Origin: a virus
Direction: 5' to 3' (one strand)
Virus record (IMG/VR): IMGVR_UViG_3300030107_002332
Length of the DNA: 64,000 nucleotides
Below are positions 27,396 to 37,130 of this stretch, piece after piece; within the stretch, counting starts at the first letter, position 1; the number at the start of each line of letters is the position of its first letter. Under the pieces are notes generated by a model. That model worked only from the letters and a program-made list of their open reading frames with translations, made no database searches and was not told the origin of the DNA. Made by a program: the position numbers and the translations under genes.

Positions 27396-29556
27396 ATGCA
27401 ATCTGGTTGATGAATGCATTTAAGATGGTTTTGTTTGCCATCTTAGAACCCATGTGCTTCTTAAAAGCACGATTAAGTTCTGCCCTTGTTGCTTCTTCAC
27501 CTTTCTGTTTAACCTCAAGATCTTGAGTACCAAGACCAAGATTCTTATCAGGAATAAAGAAGGACTCAGTAAATCCTAAGGATCCTTTAACTCCAGCAAA
27601 CTTCTCTTTTGCCCACTGTTTTGTTATTGATTCAGATTCTTCATAACTAAGAGAACGTAATTCTCTTTGCATCTCTCTCTTACTACAGATACGAATACCA
27701 ATCCAATTGTAATCAGTAATCTGTTTAAAGAAACCTACAATCTCTCTGGTGGTGAAATTAGAATGAGAATTAATTTCTTTTGAGAATTTTGTTATAGGAT
27801 CTCTAAGAACAAATCTATCTCTACTGTGGCAAAGATATCTTGTACACCAATCTTTATCACCATAATAAGTTTCTTCAGTTCTCTTCTTTAAGTAAGTCAA
27901 TGGATTTGATTCACCATCAGTAAGTGCAATAACATTTACTTTAGTTACCTTATCTTCTTTTCTTAATTTACTAACAAGTTGACGAGCACAAAGAACTGCA
28001 CAGTCTAAAGGTGTACCACCTAATGTATACTTTCTACTATAACATATTCTACCATTATTCATAGCAAATGCTTGAAGATAAACCTGCTCCATTGACATCT
28101 CTAATGATCTTGCATTCTGTTTTGATGAAAAGAATTCAAGAAGTCTGAAGTCATTTGTTAATGTTAAATTATGATCTTGAGGATCTATCATAGCAGGATG
28201 AATCTGTGAATCATAATCTACATGTGCATTCTGGAATGCATATACTCTGAAAGGAATACCAACCTTTCTGCAGAACCATACTAAATTATAGCATTGCTTA
28301 AGAGTCTCTAATAGTTCATACTGCATAGAACCAGACCAATCAAGTAAGAAAATCAATCCATGATTTTTACCTTCAGGAACTACCTGTATTCTTCTAAAAA
28401 TATCATCAGTCAACTTGTACTTATGAAGTGCATTGGTATCAATAACTCCACTCTTAGAAGTGGCAGTCCTCTGATACTCATTAGCAGACTTCTTCATCTC
28501 GAATTGTTTTACAAGATAGTTAACTGATTTCTGTGCATCTTTCTTATAGAGTTTATAATGATCTCTGGCATACTCAATATTATTATTGTAATATGTTTGC
28601 TCATCTTCATCACGAAATGCCTGACCTTCAAAGTGATAATATAAATCTTCCTGAACTTCTTTATAACTAACAATTGCTTTCTCAACATCTAACTTAGGAA
28701 GTTCAAGATAGATTGTTTCTCTTCCATCATTCTCTTTAACTATAGTTTCTAATGCTTGTTGTAATGCTACATCAGTCTTACAATCTGTTTCACTTACACA
28801 ATCAGTACCTTCCTTATAACTTGGAATATCTAAATCAGATTCATAAGCTTCTCTATTCTCTTCCTCTTCTTCTCCTTCTCCATTACCATCTCCCTCTTCA
28901 CCATCATCAGAATCTATAGGTTCAGATTCACCTTCCTGATCAGGAGTAACTTCTTCTTGCTCATCAGTATCTTGAGGAAGATCCCAATCTAAATCTAACT
29001 TCTCTTGATTTAATTCTTCGTTCTCTTCATCCTTACTCTTAGCATAATCATATAGATCATTAGATAGATCTAAAACATCTTGAAATGAATTAGTCTTAGA
29101 AGCACGATCAACAAATACCTGCTCTTCATCAGTAAACTCAATCTGATTAGAACCTTTAAAGTATAGGTTAATACGATCAATCAATGCTAATCCATTAGGA
29201 TCTTCATCAGCACATCCAAAGAAATCTTTATGCCATAGTTCACGATACCCTTCATAGAATGTCTTGCGAAGACCAGGATAGGTCTGCTTCATAAGACGTT
29301 CTATTCTTGCATCCTCTATAACGTTCACAAATCCCTTAGGAGCATTTACAGGCACGTTAGGGGTGTATAGAGCATGTCCTACTTCATGTCCAACCAAGAG
29401 GTCATAGACGGTCTCTGACGCTTCCCATACAGGAAGAACCAATACACGATTATTCACATCAAATGATGCTGTACTAACCCTACGATGTTCTACAGTAAGG
29501 TTTTCGGTTGCCAACAGTTTGGCGAGAGTTCCTTTGACTTCTTTGGTTACTGGCAT
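27394..29556 (-). CDS. HEXXH metallopeptidase-like domain plus acidic linker plus VWA domain (CobT-like architecture)
   Basis: GHEVGHAL, IEDARIE; LDWSGSM (MIDAS), GGTPL, LTDGE. Confidence 0.8.
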   Translation of the reverse strand: MPVTKEVKGTLAKLLATENLTVEHRRVSTASFDVNNRVLVLPVWEASETVYDLLVGHEVGHALYTPNVPVNAPKGFVNVIEDARIERLMKQTYPGLRKTFYEGYRELWHKDFFGCADEDPNGLALIDRINLYFKGSNQIEFTDEEQVFVDRASKTNSFQDVLDLSNDLYDYAKSKDEENEELNQEKLDLDWDLPQDTDEQEEVTPDQEGESEPIDSDDGEEGDGNGEGEEEEENREAYESDLDIPSYKEGTDCVSETDCKTDVALQQALETIVKENDGRETIYLELPKLDVEKAIVSYKEVQEDLYYHFEGQAFRDEDEQTYYNNNIEYARDHYKLYKKDAQKSVNYLVKQFEMKKSANEYQRTATSKSGVIDTNALHKYKLTDDIFRRIQVVPEGKNHGLIFLLDWSGSMQYELLETLKQCYNLVWFCRKVGIPFRVYAFQNAHVDYDSQIHPAMIDPQDHNLTLTNDFRLLEFFSSKQNARSLEMSMEQVYLQAFAMNNGRICYSRKYTLGGTPLDCAVLCARQLVSKLRKEDKVTKVNVIALTDGESNPLTYLKKRTEETYYGDKDWCTRYLCHSRDRFVLRDPITKFSKEINSHSNFTTREIVGFFKQITDYNWIGIRICSKREMQRELRSLSYEESESITKQWAKEKFAGVKGSLGFTESFFIPDKNLGLGTQDLEVKQKGEEATRAELNRAFKKHMGSKMANKTILNAFINQIA

Positions 29557-29576
29557 AGTTTTCCTCTGATGTATAC

Positions 29577-29632
29577 ATCATAGCAGATCTGCTTCTAGAT
29601 GTGCAGAGCAGTGGACAGTTTTTGAACTGTCC
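29577..29632 (-). promoter_or_regulatory. Early promoter with perfect inverted repeat GGACAGTT-N4-AACTGTCC
   Basis: TGCACA-17bp-TATGAT with TG extension; inverted repeat at 29613-29632. Confidence 0.7.
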
Positions 29633-29793
29633 CAGTGTCTAATGACCCCGCTAACAATAAAAACATTAGTGACAAGGTAACTAATAAAAATGACACTACG
29701 TACAATAACAATCGAATTGTCGTATTTCTTTGTTGTTGAATCATTGAAACTCCCTAATGAATATTTCCATATCTTCCATATATTATGAATCAT
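29578..29793 (-). CDS. Small membrane protein (WKIWKYSLGSF...IRHW)
   Basis: Start adjusted to ATG 29793; one TM helix. Confidence 0.65.
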   Translation of the reverse strand: MIHNIWKIWKYSLGSFNDSTTKKYDNSIVIVRSVIFISYLVTNVFIVSGVIRHWDSSKTVHCSAHLEADLL

Positions 29794-31459
29794 CTGACAT
29801 TTTACTGAAATCATTAATCTTTTCAAACTTTATTGTTCTCATAAACTTAGTGTGAAGTAGATCACCCTTATGAGAAATTACATATAAATTAGTACCCTTA
29901 CCAAGACTTCTTAGTATGCTAATCAATTCATTAGTTGCACCAGCATCAAGAGAACTATCAAATACCTCATCAAGTATAAGAAGATTAGTAGCAGCAGAGT
30001 TCTTCATACGTGCTACTTCTCTCCATGTAAACAGAAGTGCTAAATCAATCTTCTGCTTCTCACCTTCAGAGAACGAAGAATAACTAAACTCATCTCTAAA
30101 CCTACTCTTGATAACCTCATTAAATTCTTCGTCGAGTGTAAAATTAAAGAAGGTATCCATACTATGTAAGTACTTATTAATCAATTGATTAAAGATAGGT
30201 ATATACTTCTTAATTATTTGTGACTTGATACCAGAATCCTTTAATAGATTAGAGACAACAACATACTCATCCAAGGTTTGTCTTACTTGTCCACAATCAT
30301 ATTGTGTCTTGTCTAAGTTAGATAATAGTTCATCTAAAATTTTCTTCTCCTTATCAATGTTAGGAGTACTCTCCAACTTAGTTAATGACTTTTGAATATT
30401 AACATTTTCTTTTTCCAAACGAATTACTTCACCAGAAAGTTCTTGTACTTCTCTGGTAACACTATCCAATTTATCAATTATATCTACAACATCATCAATA
30501 GATTTCTTTGTTTGTGATTGTACCTTCGTTAGATCTACACCTCTATCTTGCAGTACAGTCATCCGACTAGTCTTAAACTCTTCACCAATCACCTGAGTGC
30601 AAGTAGGACATTCATCATTTGTTTCTAAGAACTTAAACTCTTTAGTTACTTTCTTGAGTTCTGCTCTTGTATCTGCCTGTGAATCTCTAAGATTATTAAG
30701 AATATCTGTATGTTCTTCCAATGCTTCTGTATCTATCTTAAGCATTTCTAAAGATTTAGTATTCTTATCTATGATGGATTGATTCTCATCATACTTATCT
30801 TGCTTTTCTTTCTGTCTTGTCTCATTAACTTCCTTTAAAGAAGCAATAAGTTTCTTCTGACCACTTACTTTTTCTTGTGATAAATTTAATAATACCTCAC
30901 ACTCTTTTACTCTACTATGTACTGCTCTCATTCTATCCTTGAGCAGGAGATTCATGTTTGAGAAGATCTGGATATCCAATAAATCTTCGATAACTTCTCT
31001 CCTTGTACTTGCTCCGAGTTGCATGAATGGGACAAAAGTGGATGATCCGAGGATGACAACTTGTGTAAAGGACTTAAAGTTAAGTTTGAGAACTGATTGT
31101 TCGAGATACTTTTGTGTGTCTTTTGTGGCAGCATCTTGGTCAACCATCTTGTTATTTTTGTAAACCTCAAATGTATTGGGTTTAATTCCTCTGAATACAC
31201 GGTAATCATCCTTTGCTATACTAAAAGTTACTTCAACCTTAAGTCCTTTCTCATTGATACTATTAACAAGTTGAGACTTTTTAATTTTACGAAAAGGTTT
31301 ATTAAACAAAGCAAAGCACAGGGCATCCAACATAGTGGACTTCCCTGCACCATTATCCCCAATAACTAAAGTGGACATAGAATCATTCAATCCTATTTCA
31401 GTCCACTGATCACCAGTGGAAAGAAAATTTTTCCACCGAATCGTTTCAAATACAATCAT
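29783..31459 (-). CDS. g46: Recombination endonuclease subunit, SbcC/Rad50-like (gp46)
   Basis: GDNGAGKST, coiled coil with CPTC hook, FSEGEKQKIDL, LDEVFD. Confidence 0.95.
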   Translation of the reverse strand: MIVFETIRWKNFLSTGDQWTEIGLNDSMSTLVIGDNGAGKSTMLDALCFALFNKPFRKIKKSQLVNSINEKGLKVEVTFSIAKDDYRVFRGIKPNTFEVYKNNKMVDQDAATKDTQKYLEQSVLKLNFKSFTQVVILGSSTFVPFMQLGASTRREVIEDLLDIQIFSNMNLLLKDRMRAVHSRVKECEVLLNLSQEKVSGQKKLIASLKEVNETRQKEKQDKYDENQSIIDKNTKSLEMLKIDTEALEEHTDILNNLRDSQADTRAELKKVTKEFKFLETNDECPTCTQVIGEEFKTSRMTVLQDRGVDLTKVQSQTKKSIDDVVDIIDKLDSVTREVQELSGEVIRLEKENVNIQKSLTKLESTPNIDKEKKILDELLSNLDKTQYDCGQVRQTLDEYVVVSNLLKDSGIKSQIIKKYIPIFNQLINKYLHSMDTFFNFTLDEEFNEVIKSRFRDEFSYSSFSEGEKQKIDLALLFTWREVARMKNSAATNLLILDEVFDSSLDAGATNELISILRSLGKGTNLYVISHKGDLLHTKFMRTIKFEKINDFSKMSDDS

Positions 31460-31707
31460 AAAGGAGGGACAATCAGATCATCTTTGCTAACAATAGAATA
31501 CTCATACCCAAATTTTTCACAATTAATTGCAATTGCTTCTGTATCAATCTCCATCAACTCCATTTCTTTCTTGTAATCATTAGCTTCTAAAAGAGTTTTA
31601 TATCTAACAGCATCATCTCTCTGTTCAAACACATTAACATTTTTCTTATCGTTAACGTTATTAACAGCATAGACACCACCGCCTGATTTGTCAATTAGAA
31701 TAAACAT
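31456..31707 (-). CDS. Conserved hypothetical protein between g47 and g46
   Basis: 83 aa, coupled overlaps. Confidence 0.75.
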   Translation of the reverse strand: MFILIDKSGGGVYAVNNVNDKKNVNVFEQRDDAVRYKTLLEANDYKKEMELMEIDTEAIAINCEKFGYEYSIVSKDDLIVPPL

Positions 31708-32741
31708 TACAGTTCCGAAGCTTCTGTATATAAAGATCGCATAACCTTCTTGATGTTAGGCTTACTTACCTTTAGATCTATCTCATCTATGTAGTTGTCT
31801 AAAAGGGTCATAGTGTCTTCGGTTTCCAATACCGCACTACCACTCTCCAGTTCCACACTAAGATCTTCAATAATCTTAAGATCTGCAAGACCTATGTCTT
31901 GAAGTTGTTTAACTGCATAATCAAATTTGGTGTAGTCACCCTTGTCTTCTACTATGAGTTTGACAAAAGTTCCCTTGAGTTCATTTTCGTCTGGTAAAGC
32001 AACTCCATCATTATAGTACAACTTATGGAAAGTGTCAAAGGGATTTCTATAAAAAGTTGTCTTAAGAGTTTCTGTATCAAATACATGGAACCCTCTCTTA
32101 GTACCATAATCATTCCAATACAACTGATAAGGATTACCAAGATAATATACGTTGTCTGTATTTGACTTCTGATGATAATGTCCTGAGAATACCTTCTTAA
32201 ATTTACTGAATGGAGACACCTCCATACCAGCATCCATCACATGACCAGGATGAGCCTCAAAGCCGTTAAGCTCAAGATGGCCCATACAGACAGGAGCAGT
32301 ACTGTCTGCGATGCTTCGGAAGGTTCTGTCGTAGTTGTCATCACATATCCAAGGAAGAAGTAGAATGTCAATACCACCAAAGTTACTGGTAGTAGGCTCT
32401 TCAATGATATCCATGTTGTCGTATTCTCCCAATAGTTCTGTTGGGGAATTAATTCTAAGAGTATTTTTATAGTAGATATCATGGTTGCCTATTAATGTAG
32501 TCATATGACAACCCAATTCTTTTACAGGGTCAAACCACATCTCCTTTGCCTCATCAAGAGACATGAAATTAATAAACCGTCTTCTATCAAAGGTATCACC
32601 TAAATTTATAATGGTTTTAATCTTTGATGCTTTTAAAAACGGTACTACTATCTCACCATAAAACTTCTTATAATGAGAAATGAAATGTTGATTGTCATTC
32701 CGTACACCGAAATGCTGATCTGTTATTAATAATATCTTCAT
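31707..32741 (-). CDS. g47: Recombination endonuclease subunit, SbcD/Mre11-like (gp47)
   Basis: TDQHFG, LGDTFD, GNHD, SGHYH. Confidence 0.95.
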   Translation of the reverse strand: MKILLITDQHFGVRNDNQHFISHYKKFYGEIVVPFLKASKIKTIINLGDTFDRRRFINFMSLDEAKEMWFDPVKELGCHMTTLIGNHDIYYKNTLRINSPTELLGEYDNMDIIEEPTTSNFGGIDILLLPWICDDNYDRTFRSIADSTAPVCMGHLELNGFEAHPGHVMDAGMEVSPFSKFKKVFSGHYHQKSNTDNVYYLGNPYQLYWNDYGTKRGFHVFDTETLKTTFYRNPFDTFHKLYYNDGVALPDENELKGTFVKLIVEDKGDYTKFDYAVKQLQDIGLADLKIIEDLSVELESGSAVLETEDTMTLLDNYIDEIDLKVSKPNIKKVMRSLYTEASEL

Positions 32742-33256
32742 GACAGATCATCAATAGTATACAACGAATATAATTCTACCTCTTGATCATACCATAAAAA
32801 TGGTTCATACTCTTTCCTATCTACAATAGTAACAACTCTTTCTACATCATATCCTGCTTCACGTAACTTTGCTACTGCCTTAAGAGATGATCCACCAGTG
32901 GTAACAACATCTTCTAATACTGTAACCTTAGTACCTTCTGGATGCACTGGACCTTCTATCCATGCACCAGTACCATGACCTTTAGGTTCCTTACGGATAA
33001 TTAAGGCATCAAGACTTCCCTTCATAGCAACACCTGCTACTAAAGGATCTGCACCAAGAGTAAGACCTGCCACTACAGGGGTATCAACATACTTCAATAG
33101 CATTGTAGCAGTAAGGTTCAACCCATAACCATTTAGTATGACAGGTTTGCAATTGACATAATGCTCACTGGTCTTACCAGAAGACAATTTATACTCACCC
33201 TTACGGTAAGCCCTCTCTTTTATCAGTGTTAGTAAGGCTTCTTTAACGCTTGGCAT
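32738..33256 (-). CDS. pyrE: Orotate phosphoribosyltransferase
   Basis: [31 protein letters not shown]. Confidence 0.92.
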   Translation of the reverse strand: MPSVKEALLTLIKERAYRKGEYKLSSGKTSEHYVNCKPVILNGYGLNLTATMLLKYVDTPVVAGLTLGADPLVAGVAMKGSLDALIIRKEPKGHGTGAWIEGPVHPEGTKVTVLEDVVTTGGSSLKAVAKLREAGYDVERVVTIVDRKEYEPFLWYDQEVELYSLYTIDDLS

Positions 33257-33716
33257 TCATCTCAACGCGATTTTTAATCTGATTATAATCGGTATGCCCA
33301 TCTCCGTCAACCGAGAATACATGATCGTATCCTGATTTCTCTAAAATTTTATCTTTGATATCCATCTGACGTTTCTCTTTAGCAATACGTCTTAGGAATG
33401 CATAGTAAACTATCTGCGTAAAATAAGCAAAGGGATTCTTACTCTTCGCTGGATCAAAGTTATCTATGTACTGTATACAATTCTCTATACCATCACACAC
33501 CATATCATCCTTATACATGTAGTTGATGAAATTTGGTCTGTATGATAAGTGTGTTGCTATCTTTAAGAAGCATCCACCAATGTAATTATTAACTCTTGGT
33601 TTAGGTAATCCTTGCTCTTCAGCAATCTTAACCTTTTCTTTATACTTTACAATAGCAGCAAGAAAGTCAGCATTATTAACGTAATGTTGCTTCTTCTTAG
33701 GTGCAGTTTTCTTCAT
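33243..33716 (-). CDS. g55: Late-transcription sigma factor (gp55)
   Basis: [37 protein letters not shown]. Confidence 0.95.
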   Translation of the reverse strand: MKKTAPKKKQHYVNNADFLAAIVKYKEKVKIAEEQGLPKPRVNNYIGGCFLKIATHLSYRPNFINYMYKDDMVCDGIENCIQYIDNFDPAKSKNPFAYFTQIVYYAFLRRIAKEKRQMDIKDKILEKSGYDHVFSVDGDGHTDYNQIKNRVEMNAKR

Positions 33717-33740
33717 TATTTACATTCCCTTTGCCTTATT

Positions 33741-33782
33741 ATTATATCAAAGCTTGACACGTTTGTCAATTTCCTGTACACT
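33741..33782. promoter_or_regulatory. Overlapping divergent sigma70 promoters upstream of g55
   Basis: Minus: TTGACA(33769-64)-17-TATAAT(33746-41); plus: TTGACA(33754-59)-17-TACACT(33777-82). Confidence 0.75.
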
Positions 33783-33807
33783 AACCGTGTAAGGGTTCAG
33801 GGCAATA

Positions 33808-34251
33808 TTATAAGTTAAATAGTTTTTCAAACTTGGCACGTGCCTCATCAATTTTTCCAAGATATCCTTTAGCATTTTGAATACTAGATCTCTTACGTGC
33901 TACTCGTTCCTTTTTTGCATCATTATTTTCATCCTTTTCATTAGCAAGATAAGTTTCATACATTAATACTACTTCCTTACTCATAGAGGCGACGGCAATG
34001 ATATCTTTTTCACGAATAATATAAAATTCTTCATCAGATAATTGCATCCAGCGATGGAAACCCATTCCACGCATCATCTTATCTTCTGATATTCTTTTTT
34101 CTATAACTTGTATCACAACAGGATCACTTATGAAACATAGAGTTTCATTACTTTCATTCGTTAAAACAGCTTTACCAAGGATCTCTTCTCCATTAAGGAG
34201 TTTAAAAACTCCGTAAAACTCTTCATCATGTTTAGCGTAATTAATTGCCAT
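33808..34251 (-). CDS. Conserved hypothetical protein (possibly Sm-like fold)
   Basis: FKLLNGEEILGK; usual position between uvsW and g55. Confidence 0.75.
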   Translation of the reverse strand: MAINYAKHDEEFYGVFKLLNGEEILGKAVLTNESNETLCFISDPVVIQVIEKRISEDKMMRGMGFHRWMQLSDEEFYIIREKDIIAVASMSKEVVLMYETYLANEKDENNDAKKERVARKRSSIQNAKGYLGKIDEARAKFEKLFNL

Positions 34252-35740
34252 TTGATTTTACTTTTACATCTATGATTTCATAATTAAATTTTTCATCTCT
34301 ATAGATTTTGAGTCTTTCAAAGAGATGAAGGAGAGTATAGTTCTTTCCATTATCTCTACTAATATTGTCAGCTATATCATATAATGTTGCTACTTCTTTT
34401 CCAATGCCGACCCGAAGTACCCGTCCAATTGATTGGAGATTTCGGATTCTGGACTTGGAGGGACTGGCGAAGACGATGTTGTGCAACCGTTTAATGTTAA
34501 CCCCAGTACTGAAAGTGCCATAACTGGCAACAATAATCGAATCATTTTCATTTTCTACTAAGTGTCTTATTTGTTCACGGTCATCAACATCCACCCCACC
34601 ATAAACGAAGTGTACTGGTTTGTCCGTATGACTATTTATCATCTCATACAAAGGCATACCGTGCTTCTCTACATAGTTAAAAAGGACAAGGGTATTACCT
34701 TTAAGATCACATGCTAAATTACGAATAAATTTATTACGTTGTTCATGCTCACAAAGGTATTCTATTTCATCTTGATATCCATCAAAGACTTGTTCATCAT
34801 GTTTAAGTACAATAACTTTAACTTTAAGCTGAGCAACATGACCTTTCTTCATCAATTGATGAGTCCTAGTTACTTGAGAACATCTACCAAAGACACCCTC
34901 AAGTACAAGTTGATTAACATTAGCACCGTCTAATGTACCAGTAAAACCGTATCGGTATTTACATCCATGCAATTTATGCATAATCGTAGTAAGAGATTTG
35001 GCTTTGAACTGGTGAGCCTCGTCACCTATGACGACATTAAACCTCTCAAACCATTTACGAGGTTGCTTATAAACAGATTGCCAAGTGGTAATTATGCAAT
35101 CAGCTTCCGAATTTTTCTCTTCCCCCGCATATATTTTGTGGCAGTGTTTGGATGCCATCCATCCATATTCTTCAAAGTCTTTATACATCTGCTCAACAAG
35201 AGACGTAGTAGGTACTACGATTAAAACTTTTCTTTTAACATTTACATGAAACCGAACCAATGAATAAATCATTAAGGATTTCCCGCTTGCAGTTGGGGAC
35301 AATAGGAGTCGTCTGTTGTATCGTAGGCATTCGTATATTGCTGAATATTGGTAGTCGCGAGCCTTTACAGGAATCCCCAGTGCCTTCACAAAGCCCACAA
35401 CAGATTCAGGAGTTACAAGATTATTCTGATCTATGGGATGACCGAAATTTTCTGACTCCTGAAATTGATAAGTATATCCCTTCTCCTGAGCCCAGTCCGT
35501 CAGATAGTCAACTAGACCGCAATATATCTCTCCAGTAGCAGGAGAGTATAAATGTACCTTACCATCCCAACCTCTATATCTGTTCTTCCTCTGCATATAT
35601 TTCGCAGACTCAACATCAAAAGAAAAATATTCTGCTGCTTCTTTATGAAGATGAGGTTCTGCTTCAACCTTTAGATAGACTTCGTTCTTTTTCTTGATCG
35701 ACAAGTCCATCATTACATACCTGCTTGAAATTTCTCCCAC
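34241..35740 (-). CDS. uvsW: RNA-DNA/DNA-DNA helicase UvsW
   Basis: SPTASGKS, GDEAH, GFTGT, LQSIGRVLR. Confidence 0.95.
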   Translation of the reverse strand: MGEISSRYVMMDLSIKKKNEVYLKVEAEPHLHKEAAEYFSFDVESAKYMQRKNRYRGWDGKVHLYSPATGEIYCGLVDYLTDWAQEKGYTYQFQESENFGHPIDQNNLVTPESVVGFVKALGIPVKARDYQYSAIYECLRYNRRLLLSPTASGKSLMIYSLVRFHVNVKRKVLIVVPTTSLVEQMYKDFEEYGWMASKHCHKIYAGEEKNSEADCIITTWQSVYKQPRKWFERFNVVIGDEAHQFKAKSLTTIMHKLHGCKYRYGFTGTLDGANVNQLVLEGVFGRCSQVTRTHQLMKKGHVAQLKVKVIVLKHDEQVFDGYQDEIEYLCEHEQRNKFIRNLACDLKGNTLVLFNYVEKHGMPLYEMINSHTDKPVHFVYGGVDVDDREQIRHLVENENDSIIVASYGTFSTGVNIKRLHNIVFASPSKSRIRNLQSIGRVLRVGIGKEVATLYDIADNISRDNGKNYTLLHLFERLKIYRDEKFNYEIIDVKVKSNGN

Positions 35741-36168
35741 TCAATAGCGTTTTTAATTTGAAAATTACGACTGTTGATTTGCCGTAAAACACCGTCAAGA
35801 AAGAAGAGTACTTGTTCTATGTAGTCGATCTTGTACTGAAGTTTTCTGACATCATCATCAGCATCGATAAACATATTAACTTCTTCTTTAGTAGTTAATT
35901 TAAAATCAAAAGGCACCTCACGATACACTGTCGCAGGTGCCTTTCCTTTATAGTATATCCATTTCTCTTTAATCAAACCTCTCATCTCACCTTCTCTATC
36001 TTTCTTCATTAAAGAAAAGGTATTATAAAACTCCATCCATCTCTGATGGAGTTGAGGTATTATTATAGAGGCATTACCATATTGATCAGTATCTATTTGG
36101 CAATCACTCTTCCACTTTTCCTGAAGTGTTTCCAGATTCATAACTATCTTGCTTCTTATAAAATTCAC
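35713..36168 (-). CDS. uvsY: Recombination mediator UvsY
   Basis: WIYYKGKAP, RNFQIKNAIEW; upstream of uvsW. Confidence 0.88.
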   Translation of the reverse strand: MNFIRSKIVMNLETLQEKWKSDCQIDTDQYGNASIIIPQLHQRWMEFYNTFSLMKKDREGEMRGLIKEKWIYYKGKAPATVYREVPFDFKLTTKEEVNMFIDADDDVRKLQYKIDYIEQVLFFLDGVLRQINSRNFQIKNAIEWEKFQAGM

Positions 36169-36370
36169 TTAGACTGGATTGACAGTCTGGGGGTTCAGGA
36201 TCCTTGATCCCTTTCATCTTTTTCCAGTTGCCGTGCATCGCTCCGAGGATCCAACTTTGGGAAAGAGACTTGGGTCCGTTCTCCAAAAGCTCGATTTGAA
36301 ATTTCGAGAGACCAGCCTTCATCCCCAAATACTCCTGTCTCCACGATGTGTCTATGGTTTGTTCTGTCAT
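36104..36370 (-). CDS. Hypothetical protein (likely start MTEQTIDTSW)
   Basis: WRQEYLGMKAGLSKFQIELLENGPKSL. Confidence 0.6.
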   Translation of the reverse strand: MTEQTIDTSWRQEYLGMKAGLSKFQIELLENGPKSLSQSWILGAMHGNWKKMKGIKDPEPPDCQSSLSEFYKKQDSYESGNTSGKVEE

Positions 36371-36581
36371 TATTCTCCCATTCTTGTACGATATTAGCAG
36401 CTTGAAGGTCAACCTCCCTCATGGTATTCTGTATTTTAGCATCAATCCAGATTTTTTTCAACCATTCTATGAGTCCCTGTGCCAGAAAATTAATTGGCAC
36501 AGGTTGTTTCTTTGCCCATCTTTCGAGCTTCAGATACCATGTATCCTTACCACCCCAGTGATGTTCAAACTCAAACTTCAT
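36195..36581 (-). CDS. Hypothetical protein
   Basis: 128 aa; ATGA-coupled to g3. Confidence 0.65.
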   Translation of the reverse strand: MKFEFEHHWGGKDTWYLKLERWAKKQPVPINFLAQGLIEWLKKIWIDAKIQNTMREVDLQAANIVQEWENNDRTNHRHIVETGVFGDEGWSLEISNRAFGERTQVSFPKLDPRSDARQLEKDERDQGS

Positions 36582-37129
36582 CGTCTCTTCTGAGTATTCT
36601 TATCTCTGATCTCGTATAACATATACTCAAAGGTAGCACTTGCAGTAAAGTATTCATTATCTGTTCCCGTAACATCAAAGTTAACAGTAGATAAAGATAC
36701 AGGAAATAAACTCTTAAATACAACATCAAAATTTATAATATTATTATTGTTCAATACTTGTAGTGTAGCATCAGAGAACCTTGTCTCTTGTGATGGACTA
36801 AACCTTGCATACTTATTATTCCAATCTTCTCTTTCCTGAGCATCTTGAGGTATACCTAATGCTCTGATCCAATTGTGAATCTCCATATAGTTTCTTAAAT
36901 CTTCATCAACTATAAATTCAAGATTAAGATTTCCATACTGGATATTTCCGTCAATTGGGATAGGTACCATACCCCTAGTAGGTATATCGACCTTACCTAA
37001 AGTGATTTCAGGTATCTCTGCTTTCTGGCATAAAAACGATACCTTCTTCGCCTTATCCAATACGAATAAGAATCCTATTGGAGAAAGATAATTTTTATTT
37101 GTTAATTGATCCTTATACCAGTTTGCCAT
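36578..37129 (-). CDS. g3: Tail completion/tube terminator protein (gp3-like)
   Basis: NYLSPIGF, FIVDEDLRNYMEIHNW, tube-protein fold motifs. Confidence 0.85.
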   Translation of the reverse strand: MANWYKDQLTNKNYLSPIGFLFVLDKAKKVSFLCQKAEIPEITLGKVDIPTRGMVPIPIDGNIQYGNLNLEFIVDEDLRNYMEIHNWIRALGIPQDAQEREDWNNKYARFSPSQETRFSDATLQVLNNNNIINFDVVFKSLFPVSLSTVNFDVTGTDNEYFTASATFEYMLYEIRDKNTQKRR

Positions 37130-37130
37130 T

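Noticed and set aside
35260-35538. 92-aa plus-strand ORF inside uvsW with a hydrophobic N-terminus
   Set aside because: Fully antisense to a conserved core gene, no clear RBS or promoter; such frames arise from codon bias.
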